Source: an uncultured Maricaulis sp.
GTDB taxonomy: Bacteria > Pseudomonadota > Alphaproteobacteria > Caulobacterales > Maricaulaceae
Reading direction: 5' to 3'
NCBI RefSeq assembly: GCF_905480005.1
Contig: NZ_CAJQOO010000047.1
Coordinates: 351-64,350, forward strand
Length of the DNA stretch: 64,000 nt
In this document: one piece after another, positions 55,477 to 64,000 of the stretch
How positions within the stretch are numbered: the stretch's first letter is position 1
Layout of the letters: the number at the start of each line of letters is the position of its first letter
Program-made: the position numbers and the translations under genes
Notes under the pieces: generated by a model
What the model was told of the DNA's origin: nothing
The model's input: the letters and a program-made list of their open reading frames with translations, nothing else
Databases searched by the model: none

Positions 55477-55961
55477 GCACGCGGAACGCCTACTCACCTT
55501 GGCAGAACGAGGCCGCGGTCCTCGCCTGCACATTGCGCGCCGGTGGCTTCCCGGCGGAGGTGGCTGACTGGCACTTCATCTCAATCAAACCATCACTGGA
55601 GTTCGGGTATAATCGACCGCGCATGCTTGTCCCGCCGAGCTGCCGGAGGGAGGCCGAAGCCTGGCTGGAAAGCCTTGAGCCCGCGAGTACAGAGCCGATT
55701 TTTCCTTGCCCGAGCTGTGGCGGCGAAACTCGTCGGGTCCGTCGGCTGCTCCTGATGGCGATCCTCACATCGCTTGGAACCTTTCATCCCTTTTTCTCGC
55801 GTCACCGCCGATGCGGCAGCTGCAAGAAGACCTTCAAAGCCGAACCACCGGAGCCTTTCACAGTGGAGGAGCTGGGTTATGCGCCTCACTCCCCGCTCGG
55901 TCTCCGCGGCTGGCTCTCAAGCCTTCGCACGGTCGGGCAGACGCTCCACGAAGACCGGTAA
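55473..55961 (+). CDS. Hypothetical protein with split CxxC...CxxC zinc-ribbon
   Basis: 162 aa. The GTG start overlaps the upstream TGA (GTGA at 55473-55476). CPSCGG and CGSCKK motifs flank a hydrophobic stretch. Coding is plausible by codon bias, but the family is unknown. Confidence 0.5.
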   Translation: MSTRNAYSPWQNEAAVLACTLRAGGFPAEVADWHFISIKPSLEFGYNRPRMLVPPSCRREAEAWLESLEPASTEPIFPCPSCGGETRRVRRLLLMAILTSLGTFHPFFSRHRRCGSCKKTFKAEPPEPFTVEELGYAPHSPLGLRGWLSSLRTVGQTLHEDR

Positions 55962-56037
55962 ACCGGCCGATCGGTGGACGGACCCGGGCGCAACAGGCTA
56001 GGCAGGATATCCAGCTCACACGAAGCGGAGAGACATA

Positions 56038-56475
56038 ATGAGCCTCGACGGCGCCTACGATCCCGAGAATATCTTCGCCAAGATCCTGCGCGGCGAACTG
56101 CCCTGTGTGAAGGTCTATGAGGACGAGCATGTCCTGTCCTTCATGGACATCTTTCCGCAGGCGCCGGGACATGTCCTCGTGGTGCCGCGCGAACCGGCGC
56201 GCAATGCGCTCGAGATGACCGATGGCGCACTGCAGGCCGCCATGGTGCGGGTCAAGCGGATCGCGCTGGCGGTAAAGACCGCCCTCGCCCCGGGCGGGAT
56301 CGTGCTGACGCAATTCAACGGTGCGCCGGCCGGGCAGACCGTCTTCCACGTCCATTTTCACATCATTCCGCGAACAGAGGGCGAAGCGATGAGTGCCCAT
56401 GGTGGTGGCCAGGCGGACATGGATGAACTGGCTGACCAGGCCGCCAGGATAGCAGCAGCGATCGAAATGCCCTGA
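56038..56475 (+). CDS. HIT (histidine triad) family nucleotide hydrolase
   Basis: 145 aa. IFAKILRGELP N-terminus and the HVHFHIIP histidine triad. Confidence 0.92.
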   Translation: MSLDGAYDPENIFAKILRGELPCVKVYEDEHVLSFMDIFPQAPGHVLVVPREPARNALEMTDGALQAAMVRVKRIALAVKTALAPGGIVLTQFNGAPAGQTVFHVHFHIIPRTEGEAMSAHGGGQADMDELADQAARIAAAIEMP

Positions 56476-56495
56476 GCGGCCGTTGCGGCTCGGTA

Positions 56496-56909
56496 TCAGC
56501 GCAAGCGGCCCTCGAAAGTGAGATAGACCAGCAATGCCATGATCCCTCCTTGCAGGGTGAAGGAGAAGAGCGCCCAGGCGTCGGCATCCACCATGTTTGA
56601 AAACAGGTTATTGCCGCCCATGATGATCCAGTCGGCCCGGTCGAGCAGGAAGGACAGGATAAAGACCGGTAGCGCCAGGCGCCGTTCCATCAAGGCCAGG
56701 GCCAGTGCCACCCCATTCATGACCACGTGTGAAAAGAAGAAAACTTCCTGCAGCACGGTCAGGCTTTGGACGAAGGCGGCGGCAAGCAGAGGGTCGGGCC
56801 ATAACCCCATCCGGGCCGTTATGTCATTGACTGCCCAGAACAAACCATAGGCGACCTGCACAGACAGCAGGCCGATCAGGATGTAAAAGGGGGCGTCGCG
56901 ACGGGGCAT
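56496..56909 (-). CDS. Hypothetical small membrane protein (about 4 TM)
   Basis: Four hydrophobic segments. Preferred start is ATG 56909 (MPRRDAPFYIL) with AGGAAG 5 nt upstream. The track start 56954 is also possible. Confidence 0.55.
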   Translation of the reverse strand: MPRRDAPFYILIGLLSVQVAYGLFWAVNDITARMGLWPDPLLAAAFVQSLTVLQEVFFFSHVVMNGVALALALMERRLALPVFILSFLLDRADWIIMGGNNLFSNMVDADAWALFSFTLQGGIMALLVYLTFEGRLR

Positions 56910-56992
56910 GTCTCTTCCTGCTGGGCCGCGCCATGACGTCATGATTTGCCGCAAATGTCATCCGGCTTGCACGTCATGCCCACGGTCCGGCC

Positions 56993-58792
56993 CTAGGTTT
57001 TCAGCAAGTTCAGGAAGTCCGTTCCGAAGGTTTCGAGCTTTTTGGGTCCGACGCCGTTGACGGCAGCCATCTGCTCCAGGGTTTGAGGCTTGAGATGCGC
57101 CATGTCGATCAGGGTCGCGTCGGAAAACACGACATAGGCCGGGACATTGCGCTGCGCTGCCAGCTCTCGGCGCAAGGCCTTCAATGCACCGAGGAGCTCG
57201 ACATCCACTCCGTCGGCCTCGGCCGCGATCGTCGCCCGGCTGCGCTTGGATGCCGCATTCGGTTTCGCCTTGATTTCGCGAATCTCCACGGATTGCTCGC
57301 CCTTCAGCACCGCACGGGCGGCCGGGGTCAGCTTGAGCGCGCCGAAGCCCTGGATATCGATCGCCAACAGGCCCGACGCCACGCATTGGCGCACCAGCCC
57401 CTGCCAGAAGGGTTTGGGCCGGTCAGAGCCAACACCCCAGGTCGGAAGGGTCTCGTGACCACGCGCACGGATCTTGTCGGTATCCGCCCCGCGCAAGACG
57501 TCGATGACATGGGCGGCACCAAACATCTCTCCGGTCCGGGCAATCGCGGAGAACAATATCTGGGCTTCGCGCGTGCCGTCGATCAAGGTCGGCGGATCGA
57601 GGCACAGATCGCAATTCCCGCAAGGCTCACCACCGCTTTCACCAAAATAGGCCAGGAGGGACAGGCGCCGGCACCGGGTCGCTTCGCAATAGGAAAGCAG
57701 GCTGTCCAGGCGTTTGTGTTCACGGCGCTTGTGATCACCATCCTCACCGTCCTGGTCGATGAATTGCCGGCGCATGCGGGCATCGCCGAGACCGTAGAGC
57801 ATCATGGCCTCCGCGGGCTGACCATCACGCCCGGCCCGCCCGATCTCCTGATAATAGGCTTCCATGGAACCGGGCATGTGGAGATGGAAGACATAGCGGA
57901 TGTCCGGCTTGTCGATCCCCATGCCGAACGCAATGGTGGCGACCATGACAACCGCCTCCTCCGCCATGAAGCGCTCCTGATTCTCCCGTCGGGTCTCCGG
58001 CGCCAGGCCAGCATGATAGGGCAGCGCCTTGAACCCGCTCTCACACAACAGGCCGGCGACTTCCTCGGTTGATTTGCGTGACAGGCAATAGACGATCCCG
58101 GAGACGCCGCGGCGCGTCTCGAGAAAATCCATCAATTGCGGTTTCCACTTGTCCTTCGCTGCCACGGACAGGGTGAGGTTGGGCCGGTCGAAACCGTGCA
58201 CAACAATCTCGGCATCCTCGCCAAAGAGCTTGGCAGCAATATCAGCGCGGGTCGCTGCGTCCGCGGTCGCGGTGAAGGCCGACAGGCGCGCCTTCGGGAA
58301 ACGTGTCTTGAGGAAGCCGAGCTCCTCATATTCCGGCCGGAAGCTGGCGCCCCATTTGGAAATGCAATGGGCTTCGTCGACAACGAACATGGCGGGATCG
58401 ACCCCCTCCAGCGCCGCCAGCATGCGGCCCGTCATCAATCGCTCCGGCGAGAGATAGAGCAGACGGACCTCACCCGATTGCACGCGGCGCCAGTCATCAA
58501 TATTGGCGTCGCGGTCCCGCCCGGAATGGATGGCGACGGCCGCAACCCCATTGGCCCGCAGCGCCGCAACCTGGTCGTCCATCAGCGCCGTGAGCGGGGA
58601 CACAACGATCGTCAGCCCATCGAGGATGAGGGCCGGCACCTGGTAGCAGATCGACTTGCCAGCCCCTGTCGGCATCACGCAAAGGGTGGGGCGACCTGCG
58701 AGTATATGGTCGACGATATCGGCCTGGCCGGGTCGAAACCCGGGAAAGCCGAAGGTCGCGCTCAAAATCTCGGCAGGGCTCGGCTGCGGCAT
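56993..58792 (-). CDS. recQ: ATP-dependent DNA helicase RecQ
   Basis: 599 aa. FGFPGFRPGQ, PTGAGKS, DEAHCISKWG, the Zn-binding Cys cluster (CRR...C..CGNCDLC) and a C-terminal HRDC domain. Confidence 0.95.
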   Translation of the reverse strand: MPQPSPAEILSATFGFPGFRPGQADIVDHILAGRPTLCVMPTGAGKSICYQVPALILDGLTIVVSPLTALMDDQVAALRANGVAAVAIHSGRDRDANIDDWRRVQSGEVRLLYLSPERLMTGRMLAALEGVDPAMFVVDEAHCISKWGASFRPEYEELGFLKTRFPKARLSAFTATADAATRADIAAKLFGEDAEIVVHGFDRPNLTLSVAAKDKWKPQLMDFLETRRGVSGIVYCLSRKSTEEVAGLLCESGFKALPYHAGLAPETRRENQERFMAEEAVVMVATIAFGMGIDKPDIRYVFHLHMPGSMEAYYQEIGRAGRDGQPAEAMMLYGLGDARMRRQFIDQDGEDGDHKRREHKRLDSLLSYCEATRCRRLSLLAYFGESGGEPCGNCDLCLDPPTLIDGTREAQILFSAIARTGEMFGAAHVIDVLRGADTDKIRARGHETLPTWGVGSDRPKPFWQGLVRQCVASGLLAIDIQGFGALKLTPAARAVLKGEQSVEIREIKAKPNAASKRSRATIAAEADGVDVELLGALKALRRELAAQRNVPAYVVFSDATLIDMAHLKPQTLEQMAAVNGVGPKKLETFGTDFLNLLKT

Positions 58793-58975
58793 GGAAGAAG
58801 GTCCCGGTCACAAGCCCCCGTTCTGGGCGACTTCGGCGTCAGTATCAATGCGCCGGATACAATCCACACCCGCAAATTTCCGGGGCTGTCGTGCTCATGT
58901 CGTGGTGCCGCTGCGGATGGACCGCTATCATGTCTCCACCTGAACCCTACCGGCGACGAAACCGAAGGCAGATAG

Positions 58976-59389
58976 ATGAGTTTGATGGCCCTCAGACAGG
59001 CGAAGGGCTGGTCCCAGGCCGAGCTGGCCCGGATCAGCGATCTCAGCGAACGCACGATACAGCGTATCGAGAGCGGGCGTCCCGCCAGCCTGGAGGCCGT
59101 GAAGGCGCTGGCGGCGAGCTTCGACCTGTCGAGCGAAGCCTTGCAGAACCGGCTTGCGGCACCGATTGCCACCGTCGACGCGCCGCCGGTCCGCCCATAC
59201 GGGTCGCCGCTCGCCTGGCACGGCCTGACGGCTCTGGGCCTGATCGCGACAGTCTTTGGCCTCGGCCACCGTTTCGATGCGGACCCTCGACTGGCGGCGG
59301 GAACAGCCATGCTGGGTCTCGCCAGCTGGCTGCTCCACCTCGCCTTCCGTCTGTATGTCCGCGATCGCCGATCCGCACCGACTGCCTAG
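58976..59389 (+). CDS. XRE-family HTH protein with two C-terminal transmembrane helices
   Basis: N-terminal LRQAKGWSQAELARISDLSERTIQRIESG (HTH_3). The C-terminal half has two hydrophobic helices (LTALGLIATVFGL, GTAMLGLASWLLHLAF). Confidence 0.75.
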   Translation: MSLMALRQAKGWSQAELARISDLSERTIQRIESGRPASLEAVKALAASFDLSSEALQNRLAAPIATVDAPPVRPYGSPLAWHGLTALGLIATVFGLGHRFDADPRLAAGTAMLGLASWLLHLAFRLYVRDRRSAPTA

Positions 59390-60219
59390 CCGAAGATCAG
59401 GATGTTCGGCGACCACATCATCATCCAGGCACCAAACAGGCCCAGGGCCGTGACGCCGGCACCGGCCAGGATCAGACCGGCCACTCCCAGCTTGAAGCCT
59501 GACGAGCGCGAGTCCCGGGCCTTCTGATAGGCCTCCAGCAAGACAAGCGGCACGAGGAAGGCCAAATACGGCACAAGGATATCGGTCGGGCCGTCCATCG
59601 TCCGGTGCATGCCCGCTCCACCGCTGGCAATGGCCCAGGCCATGTAGAAGACCCGGACGAACCAGACTCCATTCACAACCAGGAAAAGGCGCATCGCCCA
59701 GCGACGATGCAGATCAATCCGGCGTGCCATCGCATGGCGCAGGGTGAAGGCTGCGGTGACCAGGATCAGCACGCCATCCAGTGTCGTGCCAAGCGCGGCC
59801 CAGTCATTCATCCGCGTCCCGCGCACCCAGACCAGGATGATGCCGCCGACCGCCAGAAAGACGGCGACAGACATGTAGGCGCGACCATTCCAACGATGAA
59901 AGGCCGGAAATTTGCGCCTGATCACAGGCAGGAGCTGGATCACGCCCGCCGCGCTGACGAAGGCTGCGAGCAGAACGTGAGAGATAAAGCCGAAATTTCC
60001 GAGCGCATCATTCTGGACATAACCGTCAATCAGGCCGGTTTCATTCCAGCGTTCGAAACTGCCGCCCAGCGTTCGCGGGATATAGGCACCGAGGATGTAG
60101 ACGACGAACATCCACTGGCCGATCGCCGCAATGATGAACCAGAGGACGCCGCTCCCCTGCAGGAATTGTTGCGGGAAATTGCCGTGTCGCCGGACCGGCG
60201 CGGCAGATGTGTCAGACAT
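59386..60219 (-). CDS. DUF2306-like polytopic membrane protein
   Basis: About 6-7 TM segments with a FHRWNGRAY motif, typical of DUF2306. Preferred start is ATG 60219 (MSDTSAAP), and the track start is 60285. Confidence 0.68.
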   Translation of the reverse strand: MSDTSAAPVRRHGNFPQQFLQGSGVLWFIIAAIGQWMFVVYILGAYIPRTLGGSFERWNETGLIDGYVQNDALGNFGFISHVLLAAFVSAAGVIQLLPVIRRKFPAFHRWNGRAYMSVAVFLAVGGIILVWVRGTRMNDWAALGTTLDGVLILVTAAFTLRHAMARRIDLHRRWAMRLFLVVNGVWFVRVFYMAWAIASGGAGMHRTMDGPTDILVPYLAFLVPLVLLEAYQKARDSRSSGFKLGVAGLILAGAGVTALGLFGAWMMMWSPNILIFG

Positions 60220-60418
60220 GGTCGAACCCTTTTCACAGTCCTGAAGGCGCGCGTTCAACTCGCCGCCTCGACCTCTCGACCACACAGATCCATGCCCGTC
60301 TTGCCGATTTCAAAATCGGCAAACCCGGTTTTATCGAATTCAGGCAGGTTGATCCTGGCCCGAAATGTGCGACACCCATCTGAACGGCGCAGACGCGGAA
60401 TTCTGGGAGGCGCATCGG

Positions 60419-61522
60419 ATGCTCGACATTGCGAACGCCATCAAGCTCATCGTGGGAGCAGGCGGGATCGCCTCGATCCTCTTTATCCTCTCGATGCACA
60501 CGCGCAGCGGGCTGCAAATCGCCTGGGCTGTATTCTGTGCCGGCCTCGCCGCCGTGATGATCCGCGATGTCTATGGCGACGCGACGGGCGCCCTCACCCC
60601 GGCCCTGGCGATCGCCGGCTGTGCCAGCTGCAGCTGTTTCTGGCTGGTCTCGCGCGGCCTGTTCCGCCCGGATGTGGGTTTTGGCTGGCCTCACGCCTTG
60701 CTGGTCGGCGGGATATTCAGCCCCGCCATCTTCAATCAGACCCTGATCGCCCTGTCGGCGGAACGCGTCATTGGCCAGTCCGGACTGGACGGTACGCTCG
60801 CGGCATCGAGCAGCTTCCAGGTCATGCTCTCATCGACCGTCCTCGTGCTCGCTTTCTGGGAAGGCCTGCGCGGCTGGAAACAGGCCGAGTCGCGGACGGA
60901 CCGTCGGCTGCGCATAGGCTTCCTGACGGCCTATGGCGTCTGTGTCAGTATCTGCGTGGCCCTGCTGGACCATGGTGACAGCACGCGTTTCAGCGAAGCC
61001 AGTATCGCCCTCATGCAGGCCGTCTGCGGCGCCTCGATCTTTTTTGTCGCCGGATTCGGCGTGATCTGGCGCACACGGCACCCGATCCCGGCACTGTCGG
61101 CGGACGCGGTCGCGCGACCCGCTGCCCCCAGTGATGACGAACGCACCCTGGGCGAATGGGTCCGTAACCAGGTCGAGCGGGACGCCCTCTATCTTGATCC
61201 GGACCTCAAGGTCGCCAGCCTCGCCCGGCGCCTGCGTGAACCGGATTACCGGATTAGCCGCGCCATTACCGCGGGTCTCGGCGAACGCAATTTCAATCGC
61301 TTCGTCAATCGCTACCGGATCGATCACGCCAAGGCGTGCCTGCGCGATCCGTCCTGCCGTGAGACCAGTATCCTGGACATTGCACTCGACAGCGGCTTCG
61401 CCTCGATCGGACCGTTCAACCGGGCCTTCAAGGAAAGCGAGGGGATGACACCCCGGCAATACCGCAGCCAGCCCGACAATGCCGGCCGGATGCCCGCGCC
61501 CTGCGATTTGGCAGCAGAATAG
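60419..61522 (+). CDS. AraC-family transcriptional regulator with N-terminal multi-TM domain
   Basis: The C-terminal ~100 aa form an AraC HTH (LARRLREPDYRISRAI...NFNRFVNRYRI..A...L......ILDIALDSGFASIGPFNRAFKESEGMTPRQYR). The N-terminal ~230 aa have about 6 TM helices. GGGAGG lies 8 nt upstream of ATG 60419, and the track start is 60365. Confidence 0.8.
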   Translation: MLDIANAIKLIVGAGGIASILFILSMHTRSGLQIAWAVFCAGLAAVMIRDVYGDATGALTPALAIAGCASCSCFWLVSRGLFRPDVGFGWPHALLVGGIFSPAIFNQTLIALSAERVIGQSGLDGTLAASSSFQVMLSSTVLVLAFWEGLRGWKQAESRTDRRLRIGFLTAYGVCVSICVALLDHGDSTRFSEASIALMQAVCGASIFFVAGFGVIWRTRHPIPALSADAVARPAAPSDDERTLGEWVRNQVERDALYLDPDLKVASLARRLREPDYRISRAITAGLGERNFNRFVNRYRIDHAKACLRDPSCRETSILDIALDSGFASIGPFNRAFKESEGMTPRQYRSQPDNAGRMPAPCDLAAE

Positions 61523-61832
61523 TCGAGCCCGTTCCGGTGGCGGAAATGCGCTCACCGTATGCATACCGTGACACCAGATTCACTACGACCGGACCGGGCG
61601 CGGTCTGAACAGGAATCGGATCCGGTCCGACTTTCAGCGCGGGGAGGCCTGCCGCGCTCGTCGTCATCCCCGGCCGAATCTCGTCGCTTTGGTTCGTCTG
61701 GAGCTCGAGAAAAGCGCGATGCATCGAGGTCTGGGAATCGGCGACAGCCGCACCAACCTCCCAGCGTCCCGAAACAGGTCTGGCTATTTAAGCGACAAGA
61801 CACTGAAGTTGCCGAGGAAAAGACAGGACGAC

Positions 61833-61868
61833 AAAAAAACGGCGCCCCGCGGGACGCCGTTTCTCGTT
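61833..61868 (-). terminator. Rho-independent terminator of clpA (potentially bidirectional)
   Basis: The minus strand reads AAACGAGAAACGGCGTCCCGCGGGGCGCCGTTTTTTT, a GC stem with a 7-U tail, 22 nt after the clpA stop. Confidence 0.85.
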
Positions 61869-61889
61869 TGGACAGAAACTTGGTCTGGG

Positions 61890-64000
61890 TCAGACCTCTT
61901 CCTTCTTGTCCTTTTTCTTCGCATTGCGCGGCAGGAGCCGGTCGCCAGGCGTGATGTGGAAGTCCAGGCGATCACCGTCCGCCTCATCCACATCGACCTT
62001 CACCAAGCCACCTTTCTTGAGCTCCCCGAACAATATCTGGTCGGCCAGGGGCTTCTTGATGTGCTCCTGGATGACACGGGCCAGCGGGCGGGCACCGAAA
62101 CGACTGTCATAGCCGCGCTCGGCCAGCCATGCGGTGGCGTCAGCGGTCAGCTCGAAGGTGACACCGCGATCAATGAGCTGGGCTTCCAGCTGCAGGACGA
62201 ATTTCTCGACCACGCGACCGATCGAATCCGGCGACAGGGGTGCGAACGGAATGACCGCATCCAGCCGGTTGCGGAATTCCGGGGTAAACAGGCGTTCGAC
62301 CGCCTTGTCCGCCTCGTCCGTCTTCTTGCCTCGGCCAAATCCGATCGATTCCTTTTGCGCGTCGGACGCGCCCGCATTGGTCGTCATCACCAGGATGACA
62401 TTGCGGAAATCGACCTTCTTGCCATTGGTATCGGTGAGCGTGCCATTGTCCATCACCTGCAGGAGGATGTTGAACAGGTCCGGGTGTGCCTTCTCGATCT
62501 CGTCGAGCAGCAACACGGAGTGCGGGTGCTGGTCGACCCCGTCGGTCAGGAGACCGCCCTGGTCGAACCCGACATAACCGGGAGGCGCCCCGATGAGACG
62601 CGAGACGGCGTGACGCTCCATGTATTCCGACATGTCGAAACGCTGCAATTCGATACCCATTATATCGGCCAGCTGCTTGGTCACCTCGGTCTTGCCGACA
62701 CCCGTGGGGCCGGAGAAGAGATAGCAGCCGATCGGCTTGTCGGGCTCGCGCAGGCCGGCTCGCGACAGCTTGATGGCGGTGGCCAGCTGGTCAATTGCCT
62801 CGTCCTGCCCGAATACGGTGTGCTTCAGATCCGTCTCGAGGGTCCTGAGCGATTGCTCGTCATCCTTGGACACGGTTTTCGGCGGGATCCGAGCCATCGT
62901 GGCGACCACGCCCTCGACCTCTTTCACGCCAATCGTCTTCTTGCGCTTGGACACCGGCTGGAGACGCATTTGCGCCCCGGCCTCGTCGATAACGTCGATC
63001 GCCTTGTCCGGCAGTTTGCGGTCGCCGATATAGCGCGACGACAGATCGACCGCTGATTTCAGCGCGTCATTGGTGAATCGCACATCATGGAAGTCCTCGA
63101 AATAGGTCTTCAGCCCCTGCAGGATCTTGATGGCATCCGGCACGGACGGCTCGGCAACATCAATCTTCTGGAAGCGGCGAACCAGGGCCCGGTCCTTCTC
63201 GAAGTGCTGACGATATTCCTTGTAGGTCGTCGAGCCCATGCAACGCAGACCACCTGATTGCAGGGCGGGCTTGAGCAGGTTGGACGCGTCCATCGCCCCG
63301 CCCGACGTTGCGCCGGCACCGATCACGGTGTGGATCTCGTCGATGAAGAGGACAGCATTGTCCTTTTCCTCGAGTTCCTTGACGACCTGCTTCACGCGTT
63401 CCTCGAAATCACCGCGATAGCGGGTTCCGGCGAGCAGCGAGCCCATGTCGAGCGAATAGATCGTGGCACCCGCCAGCACGTCGGGGACCTGGTCCTCGAT
63501 GATCTTGCGGGCGATACCTTCCGCGATGGCCGTCTTGCCAACGCCCGGATCACCAACCAGCAAGGGATTGTTCTTCCGGCGACGGCACAGGACCTGGACG
63601 CAGCGTTCGACTTCCGCATCACGGCCGATCAGCGGATCGACGCCGCCATTTCTGGCTTTCTCGTTGAGATTGACGGTATAGGCCGTCAGCGCATCGCCAT
63701 CCTTTTGCGGCTCCTCAGCCGGTTCGGCGCCGCGTACGGCGCGTTCTTCGGTCGCGCCCGGCTTGCGTCCGATTCCGTGCGAGATGAAATTCACCGCGTC
63801 GTAACGGGTCATGTCGCGCTCGGCGAGGAAATAGGCCGCGTGGCTCTCGCGTTCCGCGAAAAGCGCGACCAGCACATTGGCGCCGGTCACTTCCTCACGC
63901 CCGGCATTCTGGACGTGGATCACGGCGCGCTGGATCACGCGCTGGAAGCCGGCGGTCGGCTTGGCATCTTCCTCGTCATCAACGACGAGCTCCGACAATT
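61890..64000 (-). CDS. clpA: ATP-dependent Clp protease ATP-binding subunit ClpA (5' end beyond right edge)
   Basis: Two AAA+ modules (GDPGVGKTAIAEG, FIDEIH; GPTGVGKTE, LLDEIEKAH). The visible N-terminal part corresponds to the second half of the ClpA N-domain, so the true start lies outside the window. Confidence 0.95.
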   Translation of the reverse strand, partial: LSELVVDDEEDAKPTAGFQRVIQRAVIHVQNAGREEVTGANVLVALFAERESHAAYFLAERDMTRYDAVNFISHGIGRKPGATEERAVRGAEPAEEPQKDGDALTAYTVNLNEKARNGGVDPLIGRDAEVERCVQVLCRRRKNNPLLVGDPGVGKTAIAEGIARKIIEDQVPDVLAGATIYSLDMGSLLAGTRYRGDFEERVKQVVKELEEKDNAVLFIDEIHTVIGAGATSGGAMDASNLLKPALQSGGLRCMGSTTYKEYRQHFEKDRALVRRFQKIDVAEPSVPDAIKILQGLKTYFEDFHDVRFTNDALKSAVDLSSRYIGDRKLPDKAIDVIDEAGAQMRLQPVSKRKKTIGVKEVEGVVATMARIPPKTVSKDDEQSLRTLETDLKHTVFGQDEAIDQLATAIKLSRAGLREPDKPIGCYLFSGPTGVGKTEVTKQLADIMGIELQRFDMSEYMERHAVSRLIGAPPGYVGFDQGGLLTDGVDQHPHSVLLLDEIEKAHPDLFNILLQVMDNGTLTDTNGKKVDFRNVILVMTTNAGASDAQKESIGFGRGKKTDEADKAVERLFTPEFRNRLDAVIPFAPLSPDSIGRVVEKFVLQLEAQLIDRGVTFELTADATAWLAERGYDSRFGARPLARVIQEHIKKPLADQILFGELKKGGLVKVDVDEADGDRLDFHITPGDRLLPRNAKKKDKKEEV

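Noticed and set aside
56476-56495. Possible terminator between convergent HIT and membrane-protein genes (GCGGCCGTTGCGGC ... GCGCAAGCGGCC).
   Set aside because: The arms are only partially complementary and extend into the coding sequence of the minus-strand gene. There is no U-tract.
58820-58834. GTTC-N7-CTTC upstream of recQ, resembling the alphaproteobacterial LexA box GTTC-N7-GTTC.
   Set aside because: It has one mismatch in a short 8-nt specific motif, so a chance occurrence is likely in 64 kb. recQ is not a typical SOS gene. It would need conservation or LexA binding data.

Overview
Annotation is by eye, using recognisable protein motifs, ORF geometry and hairpin inspection. No searches were run, so family names are recognition-level calls.

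The window is a GC-rich chromosomal segment. Its gene content and order look alphaproteobacterial, and the bactofilin/M23 pair and the long RNase E hint at a marine stalked or budding lineage (Caulobacterales/Hyphomonadales-like). That lineage call is inference only.

The window is densely coding and mostly core housekeeping:
- Left part: maeB, nnr, glnB-glnA, parE.
- An 11-gene iscR-nifS-sufB-X-ridA-sufCDS-sufT-sufA-(gst) operon.
- anmK, tyrS, bcp, prfB, and the envelope/RNA genes mrcA-amiC and rne.
- Right part: recQ and a partial clpA at the right edge.

I found no rRNA, tRNA, CRISPR array, transposase or integrase.

prfB carries the classical programmed +1 frameshift (AGGAGG-CGT-CTT-TGA-C), which the ORF track splits.

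I do not see a clear-cut new system such as a defence island. The most unusual loci are:
1. Two exported proteins, one a lipoprotein-type RidA homologue, are translationally wedged between sufB and sufC.
2. A secreted peptide-processing neighbourhood holds an M14 carboxypeptidase, an acidic 16-Cys lipoprotein, and a translationally coupled amidohydrolase pair. The second amidohydrolase has lost every metal ligand.
3. An M23 peptidase overlaps a bactofilin gene.
4. bcp overlaps a DUF455 di-iron gene.
5. A cluster of membrane-tethered regulators: XRE-TM, DUF2306 and a TM-AraC.
6. Four convergent gene pairs share overlapping stop codons.

Many long ORFs in the track are antisense shadow ORFs typical of high-GC DNA and were rejected.
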